Positions 1 through 11,199 of a DNA stretch of 64,000 nt are shown piece after piece. Origin of the DNA: Eledone cirrhosa (lineage: Eukaryota); assembly GCA_964016885.1 (NCBI GenBank), contig OZ024744.1:23126001-23190000 (forward strand), in the 5' to 3' direction. The notes beneath the pieces were generated by a model. The model worked only from the letters and a program-made list of their open reading frames with translations, had not been told where the DNA came from and did no database searches. Made by a program: the position numbers and the translations under genes. The stretch's first letter is position 1, and every line of letters begins with the position of its first letter.

Positions 1-2669
1 CATCTTAAGATTCAACTGTTGTTAAAACGAGTCAGTTCTTAAGATTCAACTGTTGTTAAAACGAGTTTTATTTGAAGATTCAACTGTTGTTAAAACGAGT
101 CAGTGCTTAAGGTTGAACTGTTGATAAAACGAGTCAGTTCTTAAGATTCAACTGTTGTTAAAAAGAGTTTTATCTTAAGATTCAGCTGTTGTTAAAACGA
201 GTCAGTTCTTAAGATTCAACTGTTGTTAAAACGAATTTTATCTTAAGATTCAACTGTTGTTAAAACGAGTTTTATCTTAAGATTCAGCTGTTGTTAAAAC
301 GAATCAGTTCTTAAGATTCAACTGTAGTTAAAACGAGTTTTATCTTAAGATTCAACTGTTGTTAAAATGAGTCAGTTCTTAAGATTCAACTGTTGTTAAA
401 ACGAGTTTTATTTGAAGATTCAACTGTTGTTAAAACGAGTCAGTGCTTAAGGTTGAACTGTTGATAAAACGAGTCAGTTCTTAAGATTCAACTGTTGTTA
501 AAAAGAGTTTTATCTTAAGATACAACTGTTGTTAAAACGAGTCAGTTCTTAAGATTCAACTGTTGTTAAAACGAATTTTATCTTAAGATTCAACTGTTGT
601 TAAAACGGGTTTTATCTTAAGATTAAGCTGTTGTTAAAACGAATCAGTTCTTAAGATTCAACTGTTGTTAAAACGAATTTTATTTGAAGATTCAACTGTT
701 GTTAAGATGAGTCAGTTCTTAGGGTTGAACTGTTCATAAAACGAGTCAGTTCTTAAGATTCAACTGTTGTTAAAACGAGTTTTATCTTAAGATTTAGCTG
801 TTGTTAAAACGAGTTAGTTCTTAAGATTCAACTGTTGTTAAAACGAGTTTATCTTAAAATTCAGCCGTTGTTAAAACGAGTCAGTTCTTAAGATTCAACT
901 GTTGTTAAAACGAGTTTTATCTTAAGATTCAACTGTTGTTAAAATGAGTCAGTTGTTAAGATTCAACTGTTGTTAAAACGAGTTTTATCTTAAGATTCAA
1001 CTGTTGTTAAAACGAATCAGTTCTTAAGATTCAACTGTTGTTAAAACGAGTTTTATTTGAAGATTCAACTGTTGTTAAGATGAGTCAGTTCTTAAGGTTG
1101 AACTCTTGATAAAACGAGTCAGTTCTTAAGATTCAACTGTTGTAAAACGAGTATTATCTTAAGATTCAGCTGTTGTTAAAACGAGTCAGTTCTTAAGATT
1201 CAACTGTTGTTAAAACCAATTTTATCTTAAGATTCAACTGTTGTTAAAACGAATCAGTTCTTAAGATTCAACTGTTGTTAAAATGAGTCAATTCTTAAGA
1301 TTCAACTGTTGTAAAAACTAGTTTCATCTTAAGATTCAACTGTTGTTAAAACTAGTCAGTTCTTAAGATTCAACTGTAGTTAAAACGAGTTTTATCTGAA
1401 GATTCAACTGTTGTTAAAACGAATCAGTTCTTAAGATTCAACTGTTGTTAAAATGAGTCAGCTCTTAAGATTCAACTGTTGTTAAAACGAGTTTTATCTT
1501 AAGATTCAACTGTTGTTAAAACGAGTCAGTTCTTAAGATTCAACTGTTGTTAAAACGAGTTTTATTTGAGGATTCAACTGTTGTTAAAACGAGTCAGTTC
1601 TTAAGGTTGAACTGTTGATAAAACGAGTCAGTTCTTAAGATTCAACTGTTGTTAAAACGAGTTTTATCTAAAGATTCAGCTGTTGTTAAAATGAGTCAGT
1701 TCTTAAGATTCAACTGTTGTTAAAACGAGTTTTATCTTAAGATTCAACTGTTGTTAAAACGAGTCAGTTCTGAAGAATCAACTGTTGTTAAAACGAGTTT
1801 TATTTGAAGATTCAACTGTTGTTAAACGAGTTTTATCTTAAGATTCAGCTGTTGTTAAAACGAGTCAGTTCTTAAGATACAACTGTTGTTAAAACGAATT
1901 TTATCTTAAGATTCAACTGTTGTTAAAACGAGTTTTATCGTAAGATTCAGCTGTTGTTAAAACGAATAAGTTCTTAAGATTCAACTGTTGTTAAAACGAG
2001 TTTTATTTGAAGATTCAACTGTTGTAAAACGAGTTTTATCTTAAGATTCAGCTGTTGTTAAAACGAGTCAGTTCTTAAGATTCAACTGTTGTTAAAACGA
2101 GTTTTATCTTAAGATTCAACTGTTGTTAAAACGAATCAGTTCTTAAGATTCAACTGTTGTTAAAATGAGTCAGTTCTTAAGATTCAACTGTTGTTAAAAC
2201 GAGTTTTATCTTAAGATTCAACTGTTGTTAAAACGAGTCAGTTCTTAAGATTCAACTGTAGTTAAAACGAGTTTTATCTGAAGATTCAACTGTTGTTAAA
2301 ACGAATCAGTTCTTAAGATTCAACTGTTGTTAAAATGAGTCAGTTCTTAAGATTCAACTGTTGTTAAAACGAGTTTTATCTTAAGATTTAACTGTTGTTA
2401 AAACGAGTCAGTTCTTAAGGTTGAACTGTTGTTAAAACGAGTCAGTTCCTAAGATTCAACTGTTGTTAAAACGAGTTTTATCTTAAGATTCAACTGTTGT
2501 TAAAATGAGTCAGTTCTTAAGATTCAACCGTTGTTAAAACGAGTTTTATCTTAAGATTCAACTGTTGTTAAAACGAGTCAGTTCTTAAGATTCAACTGTT
2601 GTTAAAGCGAGTTTTATTTGAAGATTCAACTGTTGTTAAAACGAGTCAGTGCTTAAGGTTGAACTGTTG
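1..2669. repeat. Block duplicated at about 7642-10310 (offset 7,641 bp), left copy; may extend beyond the window start
   Basis: Rare variants recur at +7641: ACGGGTTTT 606/8247, AGGGTTGAACTGTTCAT 721/8362, ATCGTAAG 1940/9581, CAACCG 2529/10170, AAAGCG 2607/10248. Confidence 0.9.
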
Positions 2670-3880
2670 TTAAAACGAGTCAGTTCTTAAGATTCAACTG
2701 TTGTTAAAACGAGTTTTATCTTAAGATTCAACTGTTGTTAAAATGAGTCAGTTCTTAAGATTCAACTGTTGTTAAAACGAGTTTTATCTTAAGATTCAAC
2801 TGTTGTTAAAACGAATCAGTTCTTAAGATTCAACTGTTGTTAAAACGAGTTTTATTTGAAGATTCAACTGTTGTTAAGATGAGTCAGTTCTTAAGGTTGA
2901 ACTCTTGATAAAACGAGTCAGTTCTTAAGATTCAACTGTTGTAAAACGAGTTTTATCTTAAGATTCAGCTGTTGTTAAAACGAGTCAGTTCTTAAGATTC
3001 AACTGTTGTTAAAACGAGTTTTATCTTAAGATTCAACTGTTGTTAAAACGAATCAGTTCTTATGATTCAACTGTTGTTAAAATGAGTCAGTTCTTAAGAT
3101 TCAACTGTTGTAAAAACTAGTTACATCTTAAGATTCAACTGTTGTTAAAACTAGTCAGTTCTTAAGATTCAACTGTAGTTAAAACGAGTTTTATCTGAAG
3201 ATTCAACTGTTGTTAAAACGAATCAGTTCTTAAGATTCAACTGTTGTTAAAATGAGTCAGCTCTTAAGATTCAATTGTTGTTAAAACGAGTTTTATCTTA
3301 AGATTCAACTGTTGTTAAAACGAGTCAGTTCTTAAGATTCAACTGTTGTTAAAACGAGTTTTATTTGAGGATTCAACTGTTGTTAAAACGAGTCAGTTCT
3401 TAAGGTTGAACTGTTGATAAAACGAGTCAGTTCTTAAGATTCAACTGTTGTTAAAACGAGTTTTATCTAAAGATTCAGCTGTTGTTAAAATGAGTCAGTT
3501 CTTAAGATTCAACTGTTGTTAAAACGAGTTTTATCTTAAGATTCAACTGTTGTTAAAACGAGTCAGTTCTGAAGAATCAACTGTTGTTAAAACGAGTTTT
3601 ATTTGAAGATTCAACTGTTGTTAAAACGAGTTTTATCTTAAGATTCAGCTGTTGTTAAAACGAGTCAGTTCTTAAGATACAACTGTTGTTAAAACGAATT
3701 TTATCTTAAGATTCAACTGTTGTTAAAACGAGTTTTATCTTAAGATTCAGCTGTTGTTAAAACGAATCAGTTCTTAAGATTCAACTGTTGTTAAAACGAG
3801 TTTTATTTGAAGATTCAACTGTTGTAAAACGAGTTTTATCTTAAGATTCAGCTGTTGTTAAAACGAGTCAGTTCTTAAGA
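956..3880. repeat. About 1.8-kb (53-monomer) period: about 956-2080 repeated at about 2755-3880
   Basis: ACTCTTGAT 1102/2901, GCTCTTAAG 1461/3260 and TGAAGAATC 1771/3570 are offset by 1799, and CTTAAGATAC 1871/3671 by 1800. Several differences between the copies suggest it is older than the 2,140-bp duplication. Confidence 0.8.
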
Positions 3881-6800
3881 TACAACTGTTGTTAAAACGA
3901 ATTTTATCTTAAGATTCAACTGTTGTTAAAACGAGTTTTATCTTAAGATTCAGCTGTTGTTAAAACGAGTCAGTTCTTAAGATTCAACTGTTGTTAAAAC
4001 GAGTTTTATCTTAAGATTCAACTGTTGTTAAAACGAATCAGTTCTTAAGATTCAACTGTTGTTAAAATGAGTCAGTTCTTAAGATTCAACTGTTGTTAAA
4101 ACGAGTTTTATCTTAAGACTCAACTGTTGTTAAAACGAGTCAGTTCTTAAGATTCAACTGTAGTTAAAACGAGTTTTATCTGAAGATTCAACTGTTGTTA
4201 AAACGAATCAGTTCTTAAGATTCAACTGTTGTTAAAATGAGTCAGTTCTTAAGATTCAACTGTTGTTAAAACGAGTCAGTTCTTAAGGTTGAACTGTTGT
4301 TAAAACGAGTCAGTTCTTAAGATTCAACTGTTGTTAAAACGAGTTTTATCTTAAGATTCAACTGTTGTTAAAATGAGTCAGTTCTTAAGATTCAACCGTT
4401 GTCAAAACGAGTTTTATCTTAAGATTCAACTGTTGTTAAAACGAGTCAGTTCTTAAGATTCAACTGTTGTTAAAACGAGTTTTATCTTAAGATTCAGCTG
4501 TTGTTAAAACGAGTCAGTTCTTAAGATTCAACTGTTGTTAAAACGAATTTTATCTTAAGATTCAACTGTTGTTAAAACGAGTTTTATCTTAAGATTCAGC
4601 TGTTGTTAAAACGAATCAGTTCTTAAGATTCAACTGTTGTTAAAACGAATTTTATTTGAAGATTCAACTGTTGTTAAGATGAGTCAGTTCTTAAGGTTGA
4701 ACTGTTGATAAAACGAGTCAGTTCTTAAGATTCAACTGTTGTTAAAACGAGTTTTATCTTAATATTTAGCTGTTGTTAAAACGAGTCAGTTCTTAAGATT
4801 CAACTGTTATTAAAACGAGTTTATCTTAAAATTCAGCCGTTGTTAAAACGAGTCAGTTCTTAAGATTAAACTGTTGTTAAAACGAGTTTTATCTTAAGAT
4901 TCAACTGTTGTTAAAATGAGTCAGTTCTTAAGATTCAACTGTTGTTAAAACGAGTTTTATTTGAGGATTCAACTGTTGTTAAAACGAGTCAGTTCTTAAG
5001 GTTGAACTGTTGATAAAACGAGTCAGTTCTTAAGATTCAACTGTTGTTAAAACATGTTTTATCTTAAGATTCAACTGTTGTTAAAACGAGTCAGTTCTGA
5101 AGAATCAACTGTTGTTAAAACGAGTTTTATTTGAAGATTCAACTGTTGTTAAAACGAGTCAGTGCTTAAGGTTGAACTGTTGATAAAACGAGTCAGTTCT
5201 TAAGATTCAACTGTTGTTAAAACGAGTTTTATCTTAAGATTCAGCTGTTGTTAAAACGAGTCAGTTCTTAAGATTCAACTGTTGTTAAAACGAATTTTAT
5301 CTTAAGATTCAACAGTTGTTAAAACGAGTTTTATCTTAAGATTCAGCTGTTGTTAAAACGAATCAGTTCTTAAGATTCAACTGTTGTTAAAACGAGTTTT
5401 ATCTTAAGATTCAACTGTTGTTAAAACGAGTCAGTTCTTAAGGTTGAACTGATGTTAAAACGAGTCAGTTCTTAAGATTCAACTGTTGTTAAAACGAGTT
5501 TCATCTTAAGATTCAACTGTTGTTAAAACGAGTCAGTTCTTAAGATTCAACTGTTGTTAAAACGAGTTTTATTTGAAGATTCAACTGTTGTTAAAACGAG
5601 TCAGTGCTTAAGGTTGAACTGTTGATAAAACGAGTCAGTTCTTAAGATTCAACTGTTGTTAAAAAGAGTTTTATCTTAAGATTCAGCTGTTGTTAAAACG
5701 AGTCAGTTCTTAAGATTCAACTGTTGTTAAAACGAATTTTATCTTAAGATTCAACTGTTGTTAAAACGAGTTTTATCTTAAGATTCAGCTGTTGTTAAAA
5801 CGAGTCAGTTCTTAAGATACAACTGTTGTTAAAACGAATTTTATCTTAAGATTCAACTGTTGTTAAAACGAGTTTTATCTTAAGATTCAGCTGTTGTTAA
5901 AACGAATCAGTTCTTAAGATTCAACTGTTGTTAAAACGAGTTTTATTTGAAGATTCAACTGTTGTAAAACGAGTTTTATCTTAAGATTCAGCTGTTGTTA
6001 AAACGAGTCAGTTCTTAAGATACAACTGTTGTTAAAACGAATTTTATCTTAAGATTCAACTGTTGTTAAAACGAGTTTTATCTTAAGATTCAGCTGTTGT
6101 TAAAACGAGTCAGTTCTTAAGATTCAACTGTTGTTAAAACGAGTTTTATCTTAAGATTCAACTGTTGTTAAAACGAATCAGTTCTTAAGATTCAACTGTT
6201 GTTAAAATGAGTCAGTTCTTAAGATTCAACTGTTGTTAAAACGAGTTTTATCTTAAGACTCAACTGTTGTTAAAACGAGTCAGTTCTTAAGATTCAACTG
6301 TAGTTAAAACGAGTTTTATCTGAAGATTCAACTGTTGTTAAAACGAATCAGTTCTTAAGATTCAACTGTTGTTAAAATGAGTCAGTTCTTAAGATTCAAC
6401 TGTTGTTAAAACGAGTCAGTTCTTAAGGTTGAACTGTTGTTAAAACGAGTCAGTTCTTAAGATTCAACTGTTGTTAAAACGAGTTTTATCTTAAGATTCA
6501 ACTGTTGTTAAAATGAGTCAGTTCTTAAGATTCAACCGTTGTCAAAACGAGTTTTATCTTAAGATTCAACTGTTGTTAAAACGAGTCAGTTCTTAAGATT
6601 CAACTGTTGTTAAAACGAGTTTTATCTTAAGATTCAGCTGTTGTTAAAACGAGTCAGTTCTTAAGATTCAACTGTTGTTAAAACGAATTTTATCTTAAGA
6701 TTCAACTGTTGTTAAAACGAGTTTTATCTTAAGATTCAGCTGTTGTTAAAACGAATCAGTTCTTAAGATTCAACTGTTGTTAAAACGAATTTTATTTGAA

Positions 6801-7943
6801 GATTCAACTGTTGTTAAGATGAGTCAGTTCTTAAGGTTGAACTGTTGATAAAACGAGTCAGTTCTTAAGATTCAACTGTTGTTAAAACGAGTTTTATCTT
6901 AATATTTAGCTGTTGTTAAAACGAGTCAGTTCTTAAGATTCAACTGTTATTAAAACGAGTTTATCTTAAAATTCAGCCGTTGTTAAAACGAGTCAGTTCT
7001 TAAGATTAAACTGTTGTTAAAACGAGTTTTATCTTAAGATTCAACTGTTGTTAAAATGAGTCAGTTCTTAAGATTCAACTGTTGTTAAAACGAGTTTTAT
7101 TTGAGGATTCAACTGTTGTTAAAACGAGTCAGTTCTTAAGGTTGAACTGTTGATAAAACGAGTCAGTTCTTAAGATTCAACTGTTGTTAAAACATGTTTT
7201 ATCTTAAGATTCAACTGTTGTTAAAACGAGTCAGTTCTGAAGAATCAACTGTTGTTAAAACGAGTTTTATTTGAAGATTCAACTGTTGTTAAAACGAGTC
7301 AGTGCTTAAGGTTGAACTGTTGATAAAACGAGTCAGTTCTTAAGATTCAACTGTTGTTAAAACGAGTTTTATCTTAAGATTCAGCTGTTGTTAAAACGAG
7401 TCAGTTCTTAAGATTCAACTGTTGTTAAAACGAATTTTATCTTAAGATTCAACAGTTGTTAAAACGAGTTTTATCTTAAGATTCAGCTGTTGTTAAAACG
7501 AATCAGTTCTTAAGATTCAACTGTTGTTAAAACGAGTTTTATCTTAAGATTCAACTGTTGTTAAAACGAGTCAGTTCTTAAGGTTGAACTGATGTTAAAA
7601 CGAGTCAGTTCTTAAGATTCAACTGTTGTTAAAACGAGTTTCATCTTAAGATTCAACTGTTGTTAAAACGAGTCAGTTCTTAAGATTCAACTGTTGTTAA
7701 AACGAGTTTTATTTGAAGATTCAACTGTTGTTAAAACGAGTCAGTGCTTAAGGTTGAACTGTTGATAAAACGAGTCAGTTCTTAAGATTCAACTGTTGTT
7801 AAAAAGAGTTTTATCTTAAGATTCAGCTGTTGTTAAAACGAGTCAGTTCTTAAGATTCAACTGTTGTTAAAACGAATTTTATCTTAAGATTCAACTGTTG
7901 TTAAAACGAGTTTTATCTTAAGATTCAGCTGTTGTTAAAACGA
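3607..7943. repeat. Tandem duplication of a 2,140-bp (63-monomer) unit, about 2 copies
   Basis: Private variants recur at +2140: TCTTAAGACT 4111/6251, GTCAAAACGA 4401/6541, AATATTTAGC 4761/6901, AACATGTTTT 5051/7191, GATGTTAAAA 5451/7591, TCATCTTAAG 5501/7641. Confidence 0.92.
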
Positions 7944-10310
7944 ATCAGTTCTTAAGATTCAACTGTAGTTAAAACGAGTTTTATCTTAAGATTCAACTGT
8001 TGTTAAAATGAGTCAGTTCTTAAGATTCAACTGTTGTTAAAACGAGTTTTATTTGAAGATTCAACTGTTGTTAAAACGAGTCAGTGCTTAAGGTTGAACT
8101 GTTGATAAAACGAGTCAGTTCTTAAGATTCAACTGTTGTTAAAAAGAGTTTTATCTTAAGATACAACTGTTGTTAAAACGAGTCAGTTCTTAAGATTCAA
8201 CTGTTGTTAAAACGAATTTTATCTTAAGATTCAACTGTTGTTAAAACGGGTTTTATCTTAAGATTAAGCTGTTGTTAAAACGAATCAGTTCTTAAGATTC
8301 AACTGTTGTTAAAACGAATTTTATTTGAAGATTCAACTGTTGTTAAGATGAGTCAGTTCTTAGGGTTGAACTGTTCATAAAACGAGTCAGTTCTTAAGAT
8401 TCAACTGTTGTTAAAACGAGTTTTATCTTAAGATTTAGCTGTTGTTAAAACGAGTTAGTTCTTAAGATTCAACTGTTGTTAAAACGAGTTTATCTTAAAA
8501 TTCAGCCGTTGTTAAAACGAGTCAGTTCTTAAGATTCAACTGTTGTTAAAACGAGTTTTATCTTAAGATTCAACTGTTGTTAAAATGAGTCAGTTGTTAA
8601 GATTCAACTGTTGTTAAAACGAGTTTTATCTTAAGATTCAACTGTTGTTAAAACGAATCAGTTCTTAAGATTCAACTGTTGTTAAAACGAGTTTTATTTG
8701 AAGATTCAACTGTTGTTAAGATGAGTCAGTTCTTAAGGTTGAACTCTTGATAAAACGAGTCAGTTCTTAAGATTCAACTGTTGTAAAACGAGTATTATCT
8801 TAAGATTCAGCTGTTGTTAAAACGAGTCAGTTCTTAAGATTCAACTGTTGTTAAAACCAATTTTATCTTAAGATTCAACTGTTGTTAAAACGAATCAGTT
8901 CTTAAGATTCAACTGTTGTTAAAATGAGTCAATTCTTAAGATTCAACTGTTGTAAAAACTAGTTTCATCTTAAGATTCAACTGTTGTTAAAACTAGTCAG
9001 TTCTTAAGATTCAACTGTAGTTAAAACGAGTTTTATCTGAAGATTCAACTGTTGTTAAAACGAATCAGTTCTTAAGATTCAACTGTTGTTAAAATGAGTC
9101 AGCTCTTAAGATTCAACTGTTGTTAAAACGAGTTTTATCTTAAGATTCAACTGTTGTTAAAACGAGTCAGTTCTTAAGATTCAACTGTTGTTAAAACGAG
9201 TTTTATTTGAGGATTCAACTGTTGTTAAAACGAGTCAGTTCTTAAGGTTGAACTGTTGATAAAACGAGTCAGTTCTTAAGATTCAACTGTTGTTAAAACG
9301 AGTTTTATCTAAAGATTCAGCTGTTGTTAAAATGAGTCAGTTCTTAAGATTCAACTGTTGTTAAAACGAGTTTTATCTTAAGATTCAACTGTTGTTAAAA
9401 CGAGTCAGTTCTGAAGAATCAACTGTTGTTAAAACGAGTTTTATTTGAAGATTCAACTGTTGTTAAACGAGTTTTATCTTAAGATTCAGCTGTTGTTAAA
9501 ACGAGTCAGTTCTTAAGATACAACTGTTGTTAAAACGAATTTTATCTTAAGATTCAACTGTTGTTAAAACGAGTTTTATCGTAAGATTCAGCTGTTGTTA
9601 AAACGAATAAGTTCTTAAGATTCAACTGTTGTTAAAACGAGTTTTATTTGAAGATTCAACTGTTGTAAAACGAGTTTTATCTTAAGATTCAGCTGTTGTT
9701 AAAACGAGTCAGTTCTTAAGATTCAACTGTTGTTAAAACGAGTTTTATCTTAAGATTCAACTGTTGTTAAAACGAATCAGTTCTTAAGATTCAACTGTTG
9801 TTAAAATGAGTCAGTTCTTAAGATTCAACTGTTGTTAAAACGAGTTTTATCTTAAGATTCAACTGTTGTTAAAACGAGTCAGTTCTTAAGATTCAACTGT
9901 AGTTAAAACGAGTTTTATCTGAAGATTCAACTGTTGTTAAAACGAATCAGTTCTTAAGATTCAACTGTTGTTAAAATGAGTCAGTTCTTAAGATTCAACT
10001 GTTGTTAAAACGAGTTTTATCTTAAGATTCAACTGTTGTTAAAACGCGTCAGTTCTTAAGGTTGAACTGTTGTTAAAACGAGTCAGTTCTTAAGATTCAA
10101 CTGTTGTTAAAACGAGTTTTATCTTAAGATTCAACTGTTGTTAAAATGAGTCAGTTCTTAAGATTCAACCGTTGTTAAAACGAGTTTTATCTTAAGATTC
10201 AACTGTTGTTAAAACGAGTCAGTTCTTAAGATTCAACTGTTGTTAAAGCGAGTTTTATTTGAAGATTCAACTGTTGTTAAAATGAGTCAGTGCTTAAGGT
10301 TGAACTGTTG
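7642..10310. repeat. Right copy of the 7,641-bp-offset block duplication (copy of 1-2669)
   Basis: Same ordered private variants as 1-2669. The first differences I noticed are near 10030-10050 (TTCA versus TTTA, ACGCGTC). Confidence 0.9.
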
Positions 10311-11199
10311 ATAAAACGAGTCCGTTCTTAAGATTCAACTGTTGTTAAAACGAGTTTTATCTTAAGATTCAGCTGTTGTTAAAACGAGTCAGTTCTTAAG
10401 ATTCAACTGTTGTTAAAACGAATTTTATCTTAAGATTCAACTGTTGTTAAAACGAGTTTTATCTTAAGATTCAGCTGTTGTTAAAACGAATCAGTTCTTA
10501 AGATTCAACTGTTGTTAAAACGAATTTTATTTGAAGATTCAACTGTTGTTAAGATGAGTCAGTTCTTAAGGTTGAACTGTTGATAAAACGAGTCAGTTCT
10601 TAAGATTCAACTGTTGTTAAAACGAGTTTTATCTTAAGATTTAGCTGTTGTTAAAACGAGTCAGTTCTTAAGATTCAACTGTTGTTAAAACTAGTTTATC
10701 TTAAAATTCAGCCGTTGTTAAAACGAGTCATTTCTTAAGATTCAACTGTTGTTAAAACGAATTTTATCTTAAGATTCAACTGTTGTTAAAACGAGTTTTT
10801 TCTTAAGATTCAGCTGTTGTTAAAACGAATCAGTTCTTAAGATTCAACTGTTGTTAAAACGAGTTTTATTTGAAGATTCAACTGTTGTAAAACGAGTTTT
10901 ATCTTAAGATTCAGCTGTTGTTAAAACGAGTCAGTTCTTAAGATTCAACTGTTGTTAAAACGAGTTTTATCTTAAGATTCAACTGTTGTTAAAACGAATC
11001 AGTTCTTAAGATTCAACTGTTGTTAAAATGAGTCAGTTCTTAAGATTCAACTGTTGTTAAAACGAGTTTTATCTTAAGATTCAACTGTTGTTAAAACGAG
11101 TCAGTTCTTAAGATTCAACTGTAGTTAAAACGAGTTTTATCTGAAGATTCAACTGTTGTTAAAACGAATCAGTTCTTAAGATTCAACTGTTGTTAAAAT

